A DNA stretch of 64,000 nucleotides, taken from a virus. Lineage: Duplodnaviria > Caudoviricetes. Positions 54,247-63,938 of the stretch are shown piece after piece (within the stretch, counting starts at the first letter, position 1; the number at the start of each line of letters is the position of its first letter). The translations under genes and the position numbers were made by a program. The stretch is from the IMG/VR virus record IMGVR_UViG_2974529992_000001, positions 3,119-67,118 of that record; one strand, given 5' to 3'. Below the pieces are notes generated by a model. That model was not told the origin of the DNA and made no database searches. It saw only the letters and a program-made list of their open reading frames with translations.

Positions 54247-57132
54247 GTGGGAGAGCTCGCGAACATCAATCGTGGGAGGCCCTTCAAGAATCGGGCCAAG
54301 GAATACCTCAAGAAGGGAATGCACCCCATTCCTCTTCCGGCGGGACAGAAGTTTCCGCCACCTACAGGATGGACGGGTCGCAATGCTCCTGCCGTTACCT
54401 TCGAACAGATCGACGAATGGTTCTCGGAAGGCAGAGGAACGGACCGATCCAACGTCGGCCTGCACATGTTCGAGGTATTTCTGCCTTCGGGAGAACCAGC
54501 CACGGTTCCCGACCCTGAGTGGGAGGGTGGACAGGGCGAAGGTTCAGACGTTTCTGTTCCTCCGCAGGTACCTGCGACCCTAATCGGTATTGACGTCGAT
54601 CACTACGACGACAAGACCGGTGGCGACACTCTTCGTCGCCTGGAACGTAAGCTGGGAGAACTTCCGCCAACCTGGACGTCCTCGTCTCGTAACGACGGAG
54701 TCTCGGGGATCCGGTACTTCCTCGCTCCGGCGAAGTACGAATACCTCGGCAAGGTCGGGGACGACATCGAATGCATTCAAAAGAAGCATCGCTTCGCCGT
54801 GGTGTACCCCAGTTGGCACCCGCAGGGCGGGCAATACGTGTGGTATCCCCCAGGCTGTGCGCCCGGTGGGGTGCCGTGCACGTACACGCCGCCTGGTACG
54901 GTTACACATACCAAGTCAGAAATTGGTTCCGGCCCAGACGCGGTCGTGGAGTTCCGTTTCCGAAGAGAAGGCGGCTCTCGGCAGGACTTCGGGAGCACTC
55001 CAGCTATGCTTTCCTGTACTGGCGACGAGATTCCGAACGCCTGGGAGTTTCCCGCGCTTCCCAAGCGCTGGATCGAGCATCTCACGCAGGAGTTCCAGCA
55101 CGAGACCTCGGGCGCGATCGACATGGAAACGTCGGTCGACGGAATCTACAAGTGGGCGCGGAAGCAGTTCAAGCAGAAGGGCGGAAAGTCCAAGTCCTCC
55201 CAGGAGACTGCTCTGGCGGAGCTGGCAGAATTTGGCTGCTCGCAGATGAAGAAGCGGGTAGAGGCCAACGTCGAGAAGATCATGAACAGCAGCACGTCGC
55301 ACGAGGAGCTTCGCGACGCGCACTGGGAGATCTTCCGTATGGGAGCCGAGGGACACGCGGGCTGGATGGCGGCGTCTCGTATCGTGGAGTTCGCCTGGCT
55401 TGATCGCGTCATGGGCGGTACGGGGAAGAACCAGAAGCGAGCGCTGGACGAAGCGCATCGCGAGATGTTCCGCTCTCGGACCAACGGCCTTCGCAAGATC
55501 AAGGCGCAGATCGACAATCAGGCCGCAGGCGTTCCCGGCAAGCGGGTTCGCGTTTCGGAGAAGTGCGCGTGCTACGAGGGCGACGGCGAGGATCTGGGCG
55601 ACCTCGGATTCGACCTTTCCAATCATTCGGCGCGGGACCCCGGAGCCTACGAGCGGAACGACGACGGCAACGGCGAGCACTTCGTCGACCTGTACGCCGA
55701 CAAGTTCTATTTCGTCGAGGGATACGAGCGCTGGATCTATTGGAACGGCGAGCATTGGGTCTGGGACGAGCAGGGGATGGCTCGTCGCGCCTTCCGCGTA
55801 GTCAAGAAGCGACAGCAGAAGTACGCCGACCAGCTCATGCGAGAAGCGGAAATGGCCAAGGCGGCGGACTCTCCAGACGCCAAGGCTCTCGCGGCCAAGG
55901 CTAAGATGTGGAATGCGTGGGCCACGAACAGCGGCAACAACCGAGCCGCAGAGGGCGCGCTCAAGGCCGCGCAGGCGTATGCGGGCATCTCGGTGACCTC
56001 GGACGTGACGGACGGTAATCCCGCTCTGCTGGGAGTGAAGAACGGAACCATCGAGCTCCGCCAGGACGGACCGTTCTTCCGTAAGGCGGAGAAGGAGGAC
56101 TGGGTCGTCTCCAACACGAACGTGATGTACGTTCGGCGCGAGGATCTGCTGCGTGTCGGTGGCGATCTGGCGGAAGGCGTGCGGCTGTTCGACCAGTATC
56201 TGCAGAAGTTCCAGCCCGATCCCGAGGTTCGGCTATGGCTCCAGCAGGTCATGGGCATGTGTCTCCTCGGCTACAATCAGGAAAAGAAGTTCGTCTGGCT
56301 GCACGGAGAATCGCATACGGGCAAGTCGACCATGCTGAATCTGGTCATGCATGCGTTGGGACAGTACGCCGGATCGGCCGAGCTTTCCATCTTCCAGAGC
56401 ACTAAGCTCAACCCCGCTCTGGCGGAAGCCCTGCCCTGGCGTGTGCTCACAACCTCGGAGGCCAACGCAACCAAGGGCGCTCTCACCGCAGACATGCTCA
56501 AGCGCCTCACGGGTAACGACCCGATGAGCGCCGAAATGAAGAACTCGAACACCATCATCCGTCGTGTTCCGGCGTTCGTGCCGATCGTGGCAACCAACAA
56601 CGCGCCGCATATCGACGGCATGGACGACGCCATGAGGCAGCGCTTCGAAATCATTCCCTTTGACGTGGTGCAGAAGCCGGAGGACGCTCCGCTGGATATC
56701 GAGCGCGAGATGGTAGAGAAGTCTCTGCCCGCTGTCCTGGCGTGGCTGGTGGAGGGATGGCGCATTTATTGCGAGCATCGTCTGCGAAACAGGCCGAACA
56801 GCATGACCGGAGCGGTTGAGAGGTTCGTTCAGGAGGTGGCTGGCGACATTGGTATCTTCATGGAGGACATGCTGATCCTCACTGGGGACGAAGATGATTG
56901 CGTTACTCCGGACGAACTTTACAGTGCATACAGCCGATGGGTGTCCGTGAATAAGATCAAAGACAACCAAGTTTGGGACAAACCTCGATTTGGAAAGCGC
57001 ATGAGCAAGGCTGGATATGGCTCAAAATCCAAATGGAACAAGGAACTTAAGAAGCCCGAGCGTATGTATGTCGGCATAAAGTTGCAAGAAAGTGCTAAGA
57101 ATGTTGTGAAGTTCAAGCACAAGTCAGAGTAG
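54247..57132 (+). CDS. Bifunctional primase-polymerase fused to D5-like SF3 helicase
   Basis: PIPLPAGQKFPP, NVG, IGIDVD (Prim-Pol); NDDGNGEHF..WIYWNG (D5_N); GESHTGKST. Confidence 0.92.
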   Translation: MGELANINRGRPFKNRAKEYLKKGMHPIPLPAGQKFPPPTGWTGRNAPAVTFEQIDEWFSEGRGTDRSNVGLHMFEVFLPSGEPATVPDPEWEGGQGEGSDVSVPPQVPATLIGIDVDHYDDKTGGDTLRRLERKLGELPPTWTSSSRNDGVSGIRYFLAPAKYEYLGKVGDDIECIQKKHRFAVVYPSWHPQGGQYVWYPPGCAPGGVPCTYTPPGTVTHTKSEIGSGPDAVVEFRFRREGGSRQDFGSTPAMLSCTGDEIPNAWEFPALPKRWIEHLTQEFQHETSGAIDMETSVDGIYKWARKQFKQKGGKSKSSQETALAELAEFGCSQMKKRVEANVEKIMNSSTSHEELRDAHWEIFRMGAEGHAGWMAASRIVEFAWLDRVMGGTGKNQKRALDEAHREMFRSRTNGLRKIKAQIDNQAAGVPGKRVRVSEKCACYEGDGEDLGDLGFDLSNHSARDPGAYERNDDGNGEHFVDLYADKFYFVEGYERWIYWNGEHWVWDEQGMARRAFRVVKKRQQKYADQLMREAEMAKAADSPDAKALAAKAKMWNAWATNSGNNRAAEGALKAAQAYAGISVTSDVTDGNPALLGVKNGTIELRQDGPFFRKAEKEDWVVSNTNVMYVRREDLLRVGGDLAEGVRLFDQYLQKFQPDPEVRLWLQQVMGMCLLGYNQEKKFVWLHGESHTGKSTMLNLVMHALGQYAGSAELSIFQSTKLNPALAEALPWRVLTTSEANATKGALTADMLKRLTGNDPMSAEMKNSNTIIRRVPAFVPIVATNNAPHIDGMDDAMRQRFEIIPFDVVQKPEDAPLDIEREMVEKSLPAVLAWLVEGWRIYCEHRLRNRPNSMTGAVERFVQEVAGDIGIFMEDMLILTGDEDDCVTPDELYSAYSRWVSVNKIKDNQVWDKPRFGKRMSKAGYGSKSKWNKELKKPERMYVGIKLQESAKNVVKFKHKSE

Positions 57133-57141
57133 GAAAATGGC

Positions 57142-57363
57142 GCATAACGGCACCTACGCGAGCACATATCGGCAAATAACGCGCCTACCAGGGCATATCG
57201 GCATAACGCCAAAACGAGCCGCTAACCACCTTAGGGTATTTTTGAAGGGCAGGTACAAAGGGTGACACAAAGGGTGACACAAACAAAAACCCTCACGTGT
57301 AGCTATTGGTAAAGTGCTGTTATGCCGATATGTGCTGGTAGGGGCGTTATTTACTCGGTATGT
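57142..57363. repeat. Inverted and tandem repeat array downstream of the primase-helicase (candidate origin)
   Basis: About 44-bp imperfect IR 57164-57207/57319-57363; ACAAAGGGTGAC x2 at 57255-57278; AT-rich. Confidence 0.8.
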
Positions 57364-57421
57364 TACTGATATGTACTGATATGTGAAAAATTCCAAGAAA
57401 AACGAAGGTCAGGGGATAGAA

Positions 57422-57799
57422 ATGAGTAAAGACGGACACGTTCCGGAGATCTGCGAGGACTGCGGGAGAGACCTGGGTGTCGCTCTTCACGAGCCGGGGT
57501 GCGATCGGGGAGAGGGCGTGCCGACGTATGGGTCGCCTCGGGCTTTCAGCGACACGTTCAATCAGCCCATGAGCGAGGAGACGCGGAGAGCGTGGGGATT
57601 CGCCGAGGGCGTGGCTGGTGTCACTCCCCTTCGCCGAGAGAACGCGATCACGACGCCTCCGGCCTCTCCACCGTTTGGAGTGGCGGAATACTCCTCTCGT
57701 CGGGGCATGTCGAGGATCGGGGTGGCTCGGGATGGCGTGTCGGGGAAGCTTCGCGTAGTATGGCTGGTGAAGAATACTGGCGAACTCTACCTGGAATAG
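57422..57799 (+). CDS. Hypothetical protein (125 aa)
   Basis: SD AGGGG; CEDC...HEPGC N-terminus. Confidence 0.6.
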   Translation: MSKDGHVPEICEDCGRDLGVALHEPGCDRGEGVPTYGSPRAFSDTFNQPMSEETRRAWGFAEGVAGVTPLRRENAITTPPASPPFGVAEYSSRRGMSRIGVARDGVSGKLRVVWLVKNTGELYLE

Positions 57800-57852
57800 G
57801 CTATCCGGCAAAGAAACGGGTGGTGTGGTAGTGTGTTAATCGGAGGTGCAAA

Positions 57853-58230
57853 GTGAGCGATCGACCTGGCGAGTTCTCTTACGGCGACGGTCTCATGGCA
57901 CCGCCATCCGAAGGCCGCGTTTACACCCCGTACGAGCGAATGCGGGCCATGCGGGCTACGGATCCAGCAAATCCGGAGGCGAATGAGGATGACGCACTCC
58001 TCGCCGGGGCTGCACAGAGTCACATCGACCCTGTCACTGGCCTCCACGTTCCGGGAACGCTCGACGCAGGGGTTACGCCGCTCGTGAAGGAGAGCGGACT
58101 ACCTCCTCGTGTCGGACAGCACGCAAGGATCGACCCCTCGCGATACAATCAGGGACACGATCCCGAGGGCATGCAAGATGGAGAAGGTCAGGCATGGAGG
58201 GACAGCGTTCCTCCCAACCCAGTAGTCTAG
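57853..58230 (+). CDS. Hypothetical protein (125 aa)
   Basis: SD GGAGGT; P/D-rich. Confidence 0.7.
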   Translation: MSDRPGEFSYGDGLMAPPSEGRVYTPYERMRAMRATDPANPEANEDDALLAGAAQSHIDPVTGLHVPGTLDAGVTPLVKESGLPPRVGQHARIDPSRYNQGHDPEGMQDGEGQAWRDSVPPNPVV

Positions 58231-58238
58231 GAGACTCT

Positions 58239-58814
58239 GTGACAACGTACGACTACGGCGACTGCAACAGCACTCGCGAGGTTCTAGCGAAGCTGTTCCA
58301 ACTCGCTTTCCACTGCTCACACCCCGTGATCCCCGACGACATGATCACCCCGGCGTACTACCGCATCAACACTCTGCGGGAGGAGGGGAACGCAGAGCTT
58401 GGGATCACCCTTAAGTCTGTCGGGAACCAGCCCGGCAACACGTGGCGAGCAGGCAGCTACGGGGCTGACGACTGCGAGGTCTGGTGCTACTGGGACGCAG
58501 GCGTTCAGGCGTGGCTCCCCTACACAGTGGACGCTTACGCCATCGTGCGTGTGGGCGACGAGGTTTCCACCGTTCTGCCCTTCTCTCACGACCCGGACGG
58601 GAGCTGGATCTCCATCGGCGTGAAGCAGAGCACGCCGGTAGTCGCCGAGCGAAGAGTTCCACCCACTGAGGAGCAGCGCAACGTTCTGCTCGAGTTGTTC
58701 CTGCTGTGGATGCAACAGGAGGGCCTCGTCACTAAGGGTGGAATGAAGGGCGCCGATTACAGCGACGATCAGATCGTTGAGGCTTTCAACACCCGGCACG
58801 AGGTGAAGGCATGA
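58239..58814 (+). CDS. Hypothetical protein (191 aa)
   Basis: SD AGGAG, GTG at 58239. Confidence 0.7.
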   Translation: MTTYDYGDCNSTREVLAKLFQLAFHCSHPVIPDDMITPAYYRINTLREEGNAELGITLKSVGNQPGNTWRAGSYGADDCEVWCYWDAGVQAWLPYTVDAYAIVRVGDEVSTVLPFSHDPDGSWISIGVKQSTPVVAERRVPPTEEQRNVLLELFLLWMQQEGLVTKGGMKGADYSDDQIVEAFNTRHEVKA

Positions 58815-59308
58815 GCAGCGACGATCAGGCCAACACCATCGAGGCGCTGAAGGAAGCGGCCAAGTTCGAGGACGCCCACTCAGTGGATCAGCTCTTCGGC
58901 CTGTTCGGCGGGGCTCTGTCCATGTGCTGGGACCATCCGGAGAAGGCGGGCAACTTCCACGCAGAGGAAGCGGAGATCCTCGTCGAAGGAGCCATCGCAC
59001 GCCTGGCGGAACTCTCGGGCGGCACCATGATGGCCGGTGGTCCACGCTATCAGTTCCCCGAGGGCTTCGAGATCGTGGACGATTCGGTGGAGTCGCATTC
59101 GCGCTACGAGATCCTTCGGCCGAGTGGTACTCACATGCGCGTTCATCCCTCGGGTCGTGGTTTGAAAGACGACTACGAGGGGTGGACAGCTCTGCTCGAA
59201 CTCTTGAAGAAGGAGTGCTTCGAAGATTGGGGTGTAGTCCCCAAGATCAAGCTCGTCCACACGCAGTACCACTATGTTCAGGCGAACAAGATCGAGGAGA
59301 TCCAGTGA
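58811..59308 (+). CDS. Hypothetical protein (165 aa)
   Basis: ATGA overlap. Confidence 0.7.
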   Translation: MSSDDQANTIEALKEAAKFEDAHSVDQLFGLFGGALSMCWDHPEKAGNFHAEEAEILVEGAIARLAELSGGTMMAGGPRYQFPEGFEIVDDSVESHSRYEILRPSGTHMRVHPSGRGLKDDYEGWTALLELLKKECFEDWGVVPKIKLVHTQYHYVQANKIEEIQ

Positions 59309-59559
59309 CGGACTACGCGCACAAGGTTCAGCGCTTGGAGATCCACGAACTCGTGGACGAGACCAAGCACGACCTCCCACTTGTGGCTCCGGACGTGGGT
59401 CAGGAGTACATGTCCGCGCTCTACTGGAAGATGGCCGACTACCTGGTGCAGGAAGCGAAGATCCTCGCGCCTGAAGGGCAGGTCATGCACCTGAAGGTTC
59501 AGCACTTCCACCATCCCGATCAGGTCGCCTTCACTGTCAAGTGGGAGGTGGAACTGTGA
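59305..59559 (+). CDS. Hypothetical protein (84 aa)
   Basis: GTGA overlap; SD GAGGAG. Confidence 0.65.
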   Translation: MTDYAHKVQRLEIHELVDETKHDLPLVAPDVGQEYMSALYWKMADYLVQEAKILAPEGQVMHLKVQHFHHPDQVAFTVKWEVEL

Positions 59560-59900
59560 GCGACGATCTCCTCGATGAGGACATGCAGCTACTTCAATTC
59601 GTCACCTCGCACGCTCACAGCGAGACCGAGCTGGATAAGGTCGACCTCAGTCCAGTGGAAGGACCACTGGTCGTCGTGGAGCGTCGCGTCTACTGGATGG
59701 GGCGTCAGGACGAGGTCACGCAGTTCGGGGTCGATCCATTGACCGACTGGACTGGCCTCGTCATGAGCCACACGGACACCGAGCGGCAGCGGCATCAGTA
59801 CATGTGCATGCTCATCCAGACCTTCACATACAACAACGATCAGGACGGGGCGTGGGCTGTCCTGGAGGGCGCGATGCGGGAAGCGGGGTACCTGTCGTGA
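59556..59900 (+). CDS. Hypothetical protein (114 aa)
   Basis: GTGA overlap; SD GGAGG. Confidence 0.68.
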   Translation: MSDDLLDEDMQLLQFVTSHAHSETELDKVDLSPVEGPLVVVERRVYWMGRQDEVTQFGVDPLTDWTGLVMSHTDTERQRHQYMCMLIQTFTYNNDQDGAWAVLEGAMREAGYLS

Positions 59901-60118
59901 GATATACGGATACGGCTCGCAGGACGCTTGAGGAACAGTTCGAGCAGGCCAAACTTCTAAAGGAGAATCTTGGAGTTGCCAAGAAGGAAGCGTCGAAGAA
60001 GTACGACAACGCTGTCAGGGAAGTGGACGCTCTCTACTACGCGCTGGAGAAGCTGAACGCGTACGTTCCTCCACCCGCACAACCAGTGGAAGTCGGGGAT
60101 CCAGATGACCAGGCGTAG
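59897..60118 (+). CDS. Small coiled-coil protein (73 aa)
   Basis: GTGA overlap. Confidence 0.6.
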   Translation: MRYTDTARRTLEEQFEQAKLLKENLGVAKKEASKKYDNAVREVDALYYALEKLNAYVPPPAQPVEVGDPDDQA

Positions 60119-60263
60119 GGATCGTCTCCGCAAGCTCAAGAGAGGAGCGTGGCATCTCGCTTGGGGCTACGACTCACCCGCATACCTGAATGTTCCTCGT
60201 CAGGTGGGCATGAGCCGGATGCCCTTGGTTGACAGGATTCACTACAAGGGAAGAGGGGCGTGA
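60105..60263 (+). CDS. Small basic protein (52 aa)
   Basis: Hand translation MTRRRDRLRKLKRGAW...; fills the gap, GTGA overlap. Confidence 0.45.
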   Translation: MTRRRDRLRKLKRGAWHLAWGYDSPAYLNVPRQVGMSRMPLVDRIHYKGRGA

Positions 60264-60562
60264 TGGATAGATACGCCAGTTACGCTCTCCAGAAAAAGCG
60301 ACAGGCTCGCCTGGCACTGAACAGGCTGCACGAAGCAGTAGAAGTGGACAAGACCTTCGGCGACCTGAAGCTGTATCGCCAAGGCAACGGATGTAATCAG
60401 GACGAGCCCATCGTTTCCAACGGCGCAGAGATTCAGGCGTGGGGCATCGAGGACGCTCGCAAGCTGTACGAAGATCTCGGCGATCTTCTGGATTATCACG
60501 ACAAGCGCGTCAAGGAAGATCCGGCTTACGCGAAGATGATCAAAGACTACGAGGAGGGGTAG
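60260..60562 (+). CDS. Hypothetical protein (100 aa)
   Basis: SD GAGGGG; coupled. Confidence 0.68.
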   Translation: MMDRYASYALQKKRQARLALNRLHEAVEVDKTFGDLKLYRQGNGCNQDEPIVSNGAEIQAWGIEDARKLYEDLGDLLDYHDKRVKEDPAYAKMIKDYEEG

Positions 60563-61956
60563 TGCCGAGTCCTGAGGAGAAGGCCGAGTACAACAGCGAG
60601 CCCGAACTCCTTCCCTTCGAGGGTACTCACGAGGATCCTCAAGGCGAGGAGATCGACCATCCCTACCTCGGCATTACCCGCAAATTCAGCGAGGGGCAGC
60701 TGTCGCGAGCCAAGGGTCTCCACGGCAAGGGCAATCCTCCCGACTTCCTGGAATATCACGTTCCACTGGATCGTCGTGGACCCTACAAGCTTCTCGCTTT
60801 CCCAGGGAAGATGAACGAGCGAGAGGGCGCGGCCTCCTACGCGTTGTGCAACGGAACCACTCGCACCGGCAACAGTCTCCGGGACGTGGGTCGCCCATGC
60901 AAGGCGAAGGCGATCAACATGAGCGGCTTCTGCTCGAGGCATGGTGGAGCACTCTGCCCGCTCGATCGCAAGCGGATCAACTGGGACACAGTTCCTCGCC
61001 ACATCAAGTTCAAGTACGGTCGCCTTCCAGTGGACGACCTGGATGACGAGGAGCTGGCTCGCGGCCAGATCAGGAAGCCGGACGGCTCGTGGACGCAGAA
61101 CAAGTCCGTTTCCGCAGACATCCACAACGCTATGATCGCCAAGTTGTTCGACCGCAGCGACGAGATGTTGCGCGAGAATCTCCTGAAGGCAGTGGAGACC
61201 TTCGCTGAGATCGCTACTGGTACAGCGTACGAGCCAGCTGATCGACTGAAGGCGGCCGAGTTCATCTTCACTCGACTCAGGGGCAAGGTTCCCACTGAGA
61301 TCAAGCTCGGTATAGACAAGCCATTTGAGAAGGTGCTCGATGCAGTCTTGGTTGGAGGCAATCGTAGTGACTCTCGCGCTGCTCGCACTGCTGCTGTGGA
61401 TGATTATCTCGACGCTGACGTCGTATCCGTGGAAGGAGCCGAAGATGAAGATAGTGAAGAGGCTCCTGACGTGGATCGAGGAGCGGTATTCGAGGCCACC
61501 CGACGAGAGCTAGAGGCTCTGCAGGAAGAGCCGATAGAGGACGAAGACGAACCGGATGTCGAGGAAGACTACGACTACACCGATCCTCGCGACCGCACCC
61601 TCGCACGAGACCTGATGCCGAAGGAAGTCGTGTCCACCGGACCGGCAGGTAAGCCCACCACCGATAAGCCGTACGGTGGATATGAGGCTCAGCGATACGA
61701 GCAGAGGGAGCACGAGAACGCACAGGAGGCGGAAGCTCGTCGTAACAAGCTGTCCCGTAAGCGCAAGACTCCTCAGGAAGTGGCGGAGGAGAGGAAAGCT
61801 CACAAGGAGGAGATGAGACGACAGATCGCGCGTCGAAAGGGGTCTCTGAAGCGAGGCTACGACTCTCTGCCTGAAGGCGTGAAGGCTGAAGTGGAAGAGG
61901 ACGGCGAGGGAGTGACCTTCCGCTTTCAGTCCAGTGGAGAGGAGAAGGACGCGTGA
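60562..61956 (+). CDS. Terminase small subunit-like protein with HGG zinc finger (464 aa)
   Basis: CNGTTRTG...PCKAKA...FCSRHGG; LDDEELARGQIR..DG; RLKAAEFI..RLRGK; GTG at 60562 after GGAGG. Confidence 0.68.
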   Translation: MPSPEEKAEYNSEPELLPFEGTHEDPQGEEIDHPYLGITRKFSEGQLSRAKGLHGKGNPPDFLEYHVPLDRRGPYKLLAFPGKMNEREGAASYALCNGTTRTGNSLRDVGRPCKAKAINMSGFCSRHGGALCPLDRKRINWDTVPRHIKFKYGRLPVDDLDDEELARGQIRKPDGSWTQNKSVSADIHNAMIAKLFDRSDEMLRENLLKAVETFAEIATGTAYEPADRLKAAEFIFTRLRGKVPTEIKLGIDKPFEKVLDAVLVGGNRSDSRAARTAAVDDYLDADVVSVEGAEDEDSEEAPDVDRGAVFEATRRELEALQEEPIEDEDEPDVEEDYDYTDPRDRTLARDLMPKEVVSTGPAGKPTTDKPYGGYEAQRYEQREHENAQEAEARRNKLSRKRKTPQEVAEERKAHKEEMRRQIARRKGSLKRGYDSLPEGVKAEVEEDGEGVTFRFQSSGEEKDA

Positions 61957-62207
61957 ACAAGTTCCGCCAGATGAACAAGCTCTCGCGGAAGCCGTGCCGT
62001 CAGTATGTTGCGCCTCTTCATGGCAGGAGGCTCTGCACTCGACCGAAGGGTCATCAGGGCGACCACGTTCATTCCAGCTTTTGGCCGGATCCGACTCCTC
62101 AGTACATGCTCACTGTCACGAAAGCGTGGGATGGATTCGAACGACAGGAGAGGTTTCCTATAGACGACATCCCGAACGCGCTGAGTCATCGACCGGAGGG
62201 GTTGTGA
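61953..62207 (+). CDS. Small Cys/His protein (84 aa)
   Basis: PCRQ...LCTRPKGHQGDHVH. Confidence 0.6.
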   Translation: MNKFRQMNKLSRKPCRQYVAPLHGRRLCTRPKGHQGDHVHSSFWPDPTPQYMLTVTKAWDGFERQERFPIDDIPNALSHRPEGL

Positions 62208-62491
62208 GCAGCCTGGAAGAGCGCGAGAAGGCCGCGTACGAGAAGCTCCACGAGGTCGTGACAGAGCTCACGGCAATCCGGGACGAGATGTATCCACTGG
62301 ATTCCAGTGACGAGGCAGAAGTTCCCACCTGCTGGGTTCTGTGTGTCGGATACGAGTCCATGCCGAACGGACAGCACCCCGGACTGGATGGTTCGGTGAC
62401 GATCTTTCCTCGGGATGGTCGTCAGCCAGGATGGAAAACATCCGGGCTGCTGGGCGAGTGCCTCAGTCACATGGAGGGCGAACGGGAATGA
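62204..62491 (+). CDS. Hypothetical protein (95 aa)
   Basis: SD GGAGG, GTG at 62204. Confidence 0.68.
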   Translation: MSSLEEREKAAYEKLHEVVTELTAIRDEMYPLDSSDEAEVPTCWVLCVGYESMPNGQHPGLDGSVTIFPRDGRQPGWKTSGLLGECLSHMEGERE

Positions 62492-62658
62492 AACCCGACC
62501 AGACCTGGTTCTACCACGAGGGACACAGGACAGTGAACTGCTTCTGCCTCGAGGTGGTGGACATGAAGAGCCGGGTGGTCTCGCACTTCTCCCCCTCCAT
62601 GTACGGACGGAACTCCTACGGCCCGAATCTCCGGGTCAAAATGAAGGACTTGAAATGA
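62488..62658 (+). CDS. Small hypothetical protein (56 aa)
   Basis: ATGA overlaps on both sides. Confidence 0.5.
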   Translation: MKPDQTWFYHEGHRTVNCFCLEVVDMKSRVVSHFSPSMYGRNSYGPNLRVKMKDLK

Positions 62659-62861
62659 AGTGGCGAAGAGTTCGTCGGGGCGATCTGGGCGCTCCTCCGC
62701 CAGTGGCAGGCCCGCCCGAGGGGTACGATAGCTGGAGAACGTTCCTCATGCAGGCTCCTCGGGAAGAAGTGCAGGCGCGACTGGAACAGAGCAAGCGAGA
62801 GGCGAATCTGTACGTCTCGCTGAGTCACGAAAACAAACTACGAGAGCAAGGACTTATCTAG
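62655..62861 (+). CDS. Small hypothetical protein (68 aa)
   Basis: ATGA overlap; stop overlaps the next GTG. Confidence 0.55.
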   Translation: MKWRRVRRGDLGAPPPVAGPPEGYDSWRTFLMQAPREEVQARLEQSKREANLYVSLSHENKLREQGLI

Positions 62862-63577
62862 TGCGTGAAATCCTCATCGTCGGTGGAGCCGGCGAAGATC
62901 CCAAGAAGGTCAACGGATCGTTCATCAAGTCGTATCTCGATCCGTTCCTGAAGACCACGGACAAGCTGGTCGCCATCGACTATCCGGCCAGCATCGGCAT
63001 CGCGAATCCCACGCCCAACCCCACGGACGTGAAGGAGGGGGCTCTCGAGTCGAGGCGCATCGGAGTCCGTAACCTGGCGGAATACATCCGAAAGACACCA
63101 CATGTTCCTTACATCGTCGCGTACTCGCTCGGTGCGTGGGTCGTGAGCGATTTCCTCGAGGAACTCGCAGCAGGCAAGCATCCCGGTCTGGAGATCGCAG
63201 GCGTCATCTTGATCGCCAGTCCTCGCAACGGGAAGGATACCGGGTACGGATACGGAATCGCAGGAAAGCACAAGCCCTACCCCACCAGCTTCCCGATCGT
63301 CGAGGTCAACAACTGGAACGACGGCATATGCAGCTGTCCCGACGGAAGTGCTCTGCGGGTTCTTCCACTGCTCGGCGAACTGTTCACGCTGAACTTCCGC
63401 GACCCAGCTGTTCGCCTGGCGATGGTTCAGTTCGTCGGGGCAGCGTTCGCCGCAGTGAAGAAGCTGCCGACAGTCCACGACGCCATGCTCCTCGGCAAGT
63501 ACGCGGAGGGCAAGGCGCACGGAAGCGATTATCGGTCGCCCGCCTTGCGCGCTCCGGCCAAACGTATGCTAGGATAG
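62861..63577 (+). CDS. Cutinase/PE-PPE-like serine esterase (lysin B-like)
   Basis: IDYPAS; nucleophile elbow AYSLGA; NDGIC (Asp); AHGSDY (His). Confidence 0.82.
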   Translation: MREILIVGGAGEDPKKVNGSFIKSYLDPFLKTTDKLVAIDYPASIGIANPTPNPTDVKEGALESRRIGVRNLAEYIRKTPHVPYIVAYSLGAWVVSDFLEELAAGKHPGLEIAGVILIASPRNGKDTGYGYGIAGKHKPYPTSFPIVEVNNWNDGICSCPDGSALRVLPLLGELFTLNFRDPAVRLAMVQFVGAAFAAVKKLPTVHDAMLLGKYAEGKAHGSDYRSPALRAPAKRMLG

Positions 63578-63598
63578 GCGCAGGACCAAGGAGGCAGC

Positions 63599-63835
63599 AT
63601 GGCACGGAAGCAGCAGATTCACCCCATCCCGCGAGAGCGGTGGAGTGACGAAGCGATGACCGCGATCGCCTTCGCGGTCGGCCAGGGCGGGAAGCTCTCG
63701 CTCGGCTTCCAGCAGTACCGGAAGCGATTCCCCTCGGCAGCTGCGGGAACTCAGCTGCGCGGTGCACTGGGAGGTGGCGAATACGTGCCACTTCGCGCTC
63801 CCCAGACTCCGGCAGGGAACATCGGTTCCACCTAG
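63599..63835 (+). CDS. Small hypothetical protein (78 aa)
   Basis: SD AGGAGG. Confidence 0.7.
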   Translation: MARKQQIHPIPRERWSDEAMTAIAFAVGQGGKLSLGFQQYRKRFPSAAAGTQLRGALGGGEYVPLRAPQTPAGNIGST

Positions 63836-63938
63836 GAGCCTCTGTCAGGTGTCCCGGTCCCCCGACCCCCGGCCTGACAGTGGAGAGGGCTACCGCGCGA
63901 TGAAGGAGCCTTCCACTCCAGAGCGCGAACCCTGACAG

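Noticed and set aside
44671-57132. Inteins or introns in DnaE, ThyX or primase-helicase
   Set aside because: No C/S...HN splice motifs or LAGLIDADG blocks seen; the proteins are of near-expected length, and the DnaE break is a plain stop-start.
2508-61388. Long minus-strand and alternative-frame ORFs in the track (e.g. 2508-3596, 5174-6184, 15620-16849, 19392-20642, 34470-35675, 38666-39712, 51358-52779)
   Set aside because: Shadows of strongly GC3-biased + strand genes; no motifs, no SD, and they fully overlap well-supported CDS.
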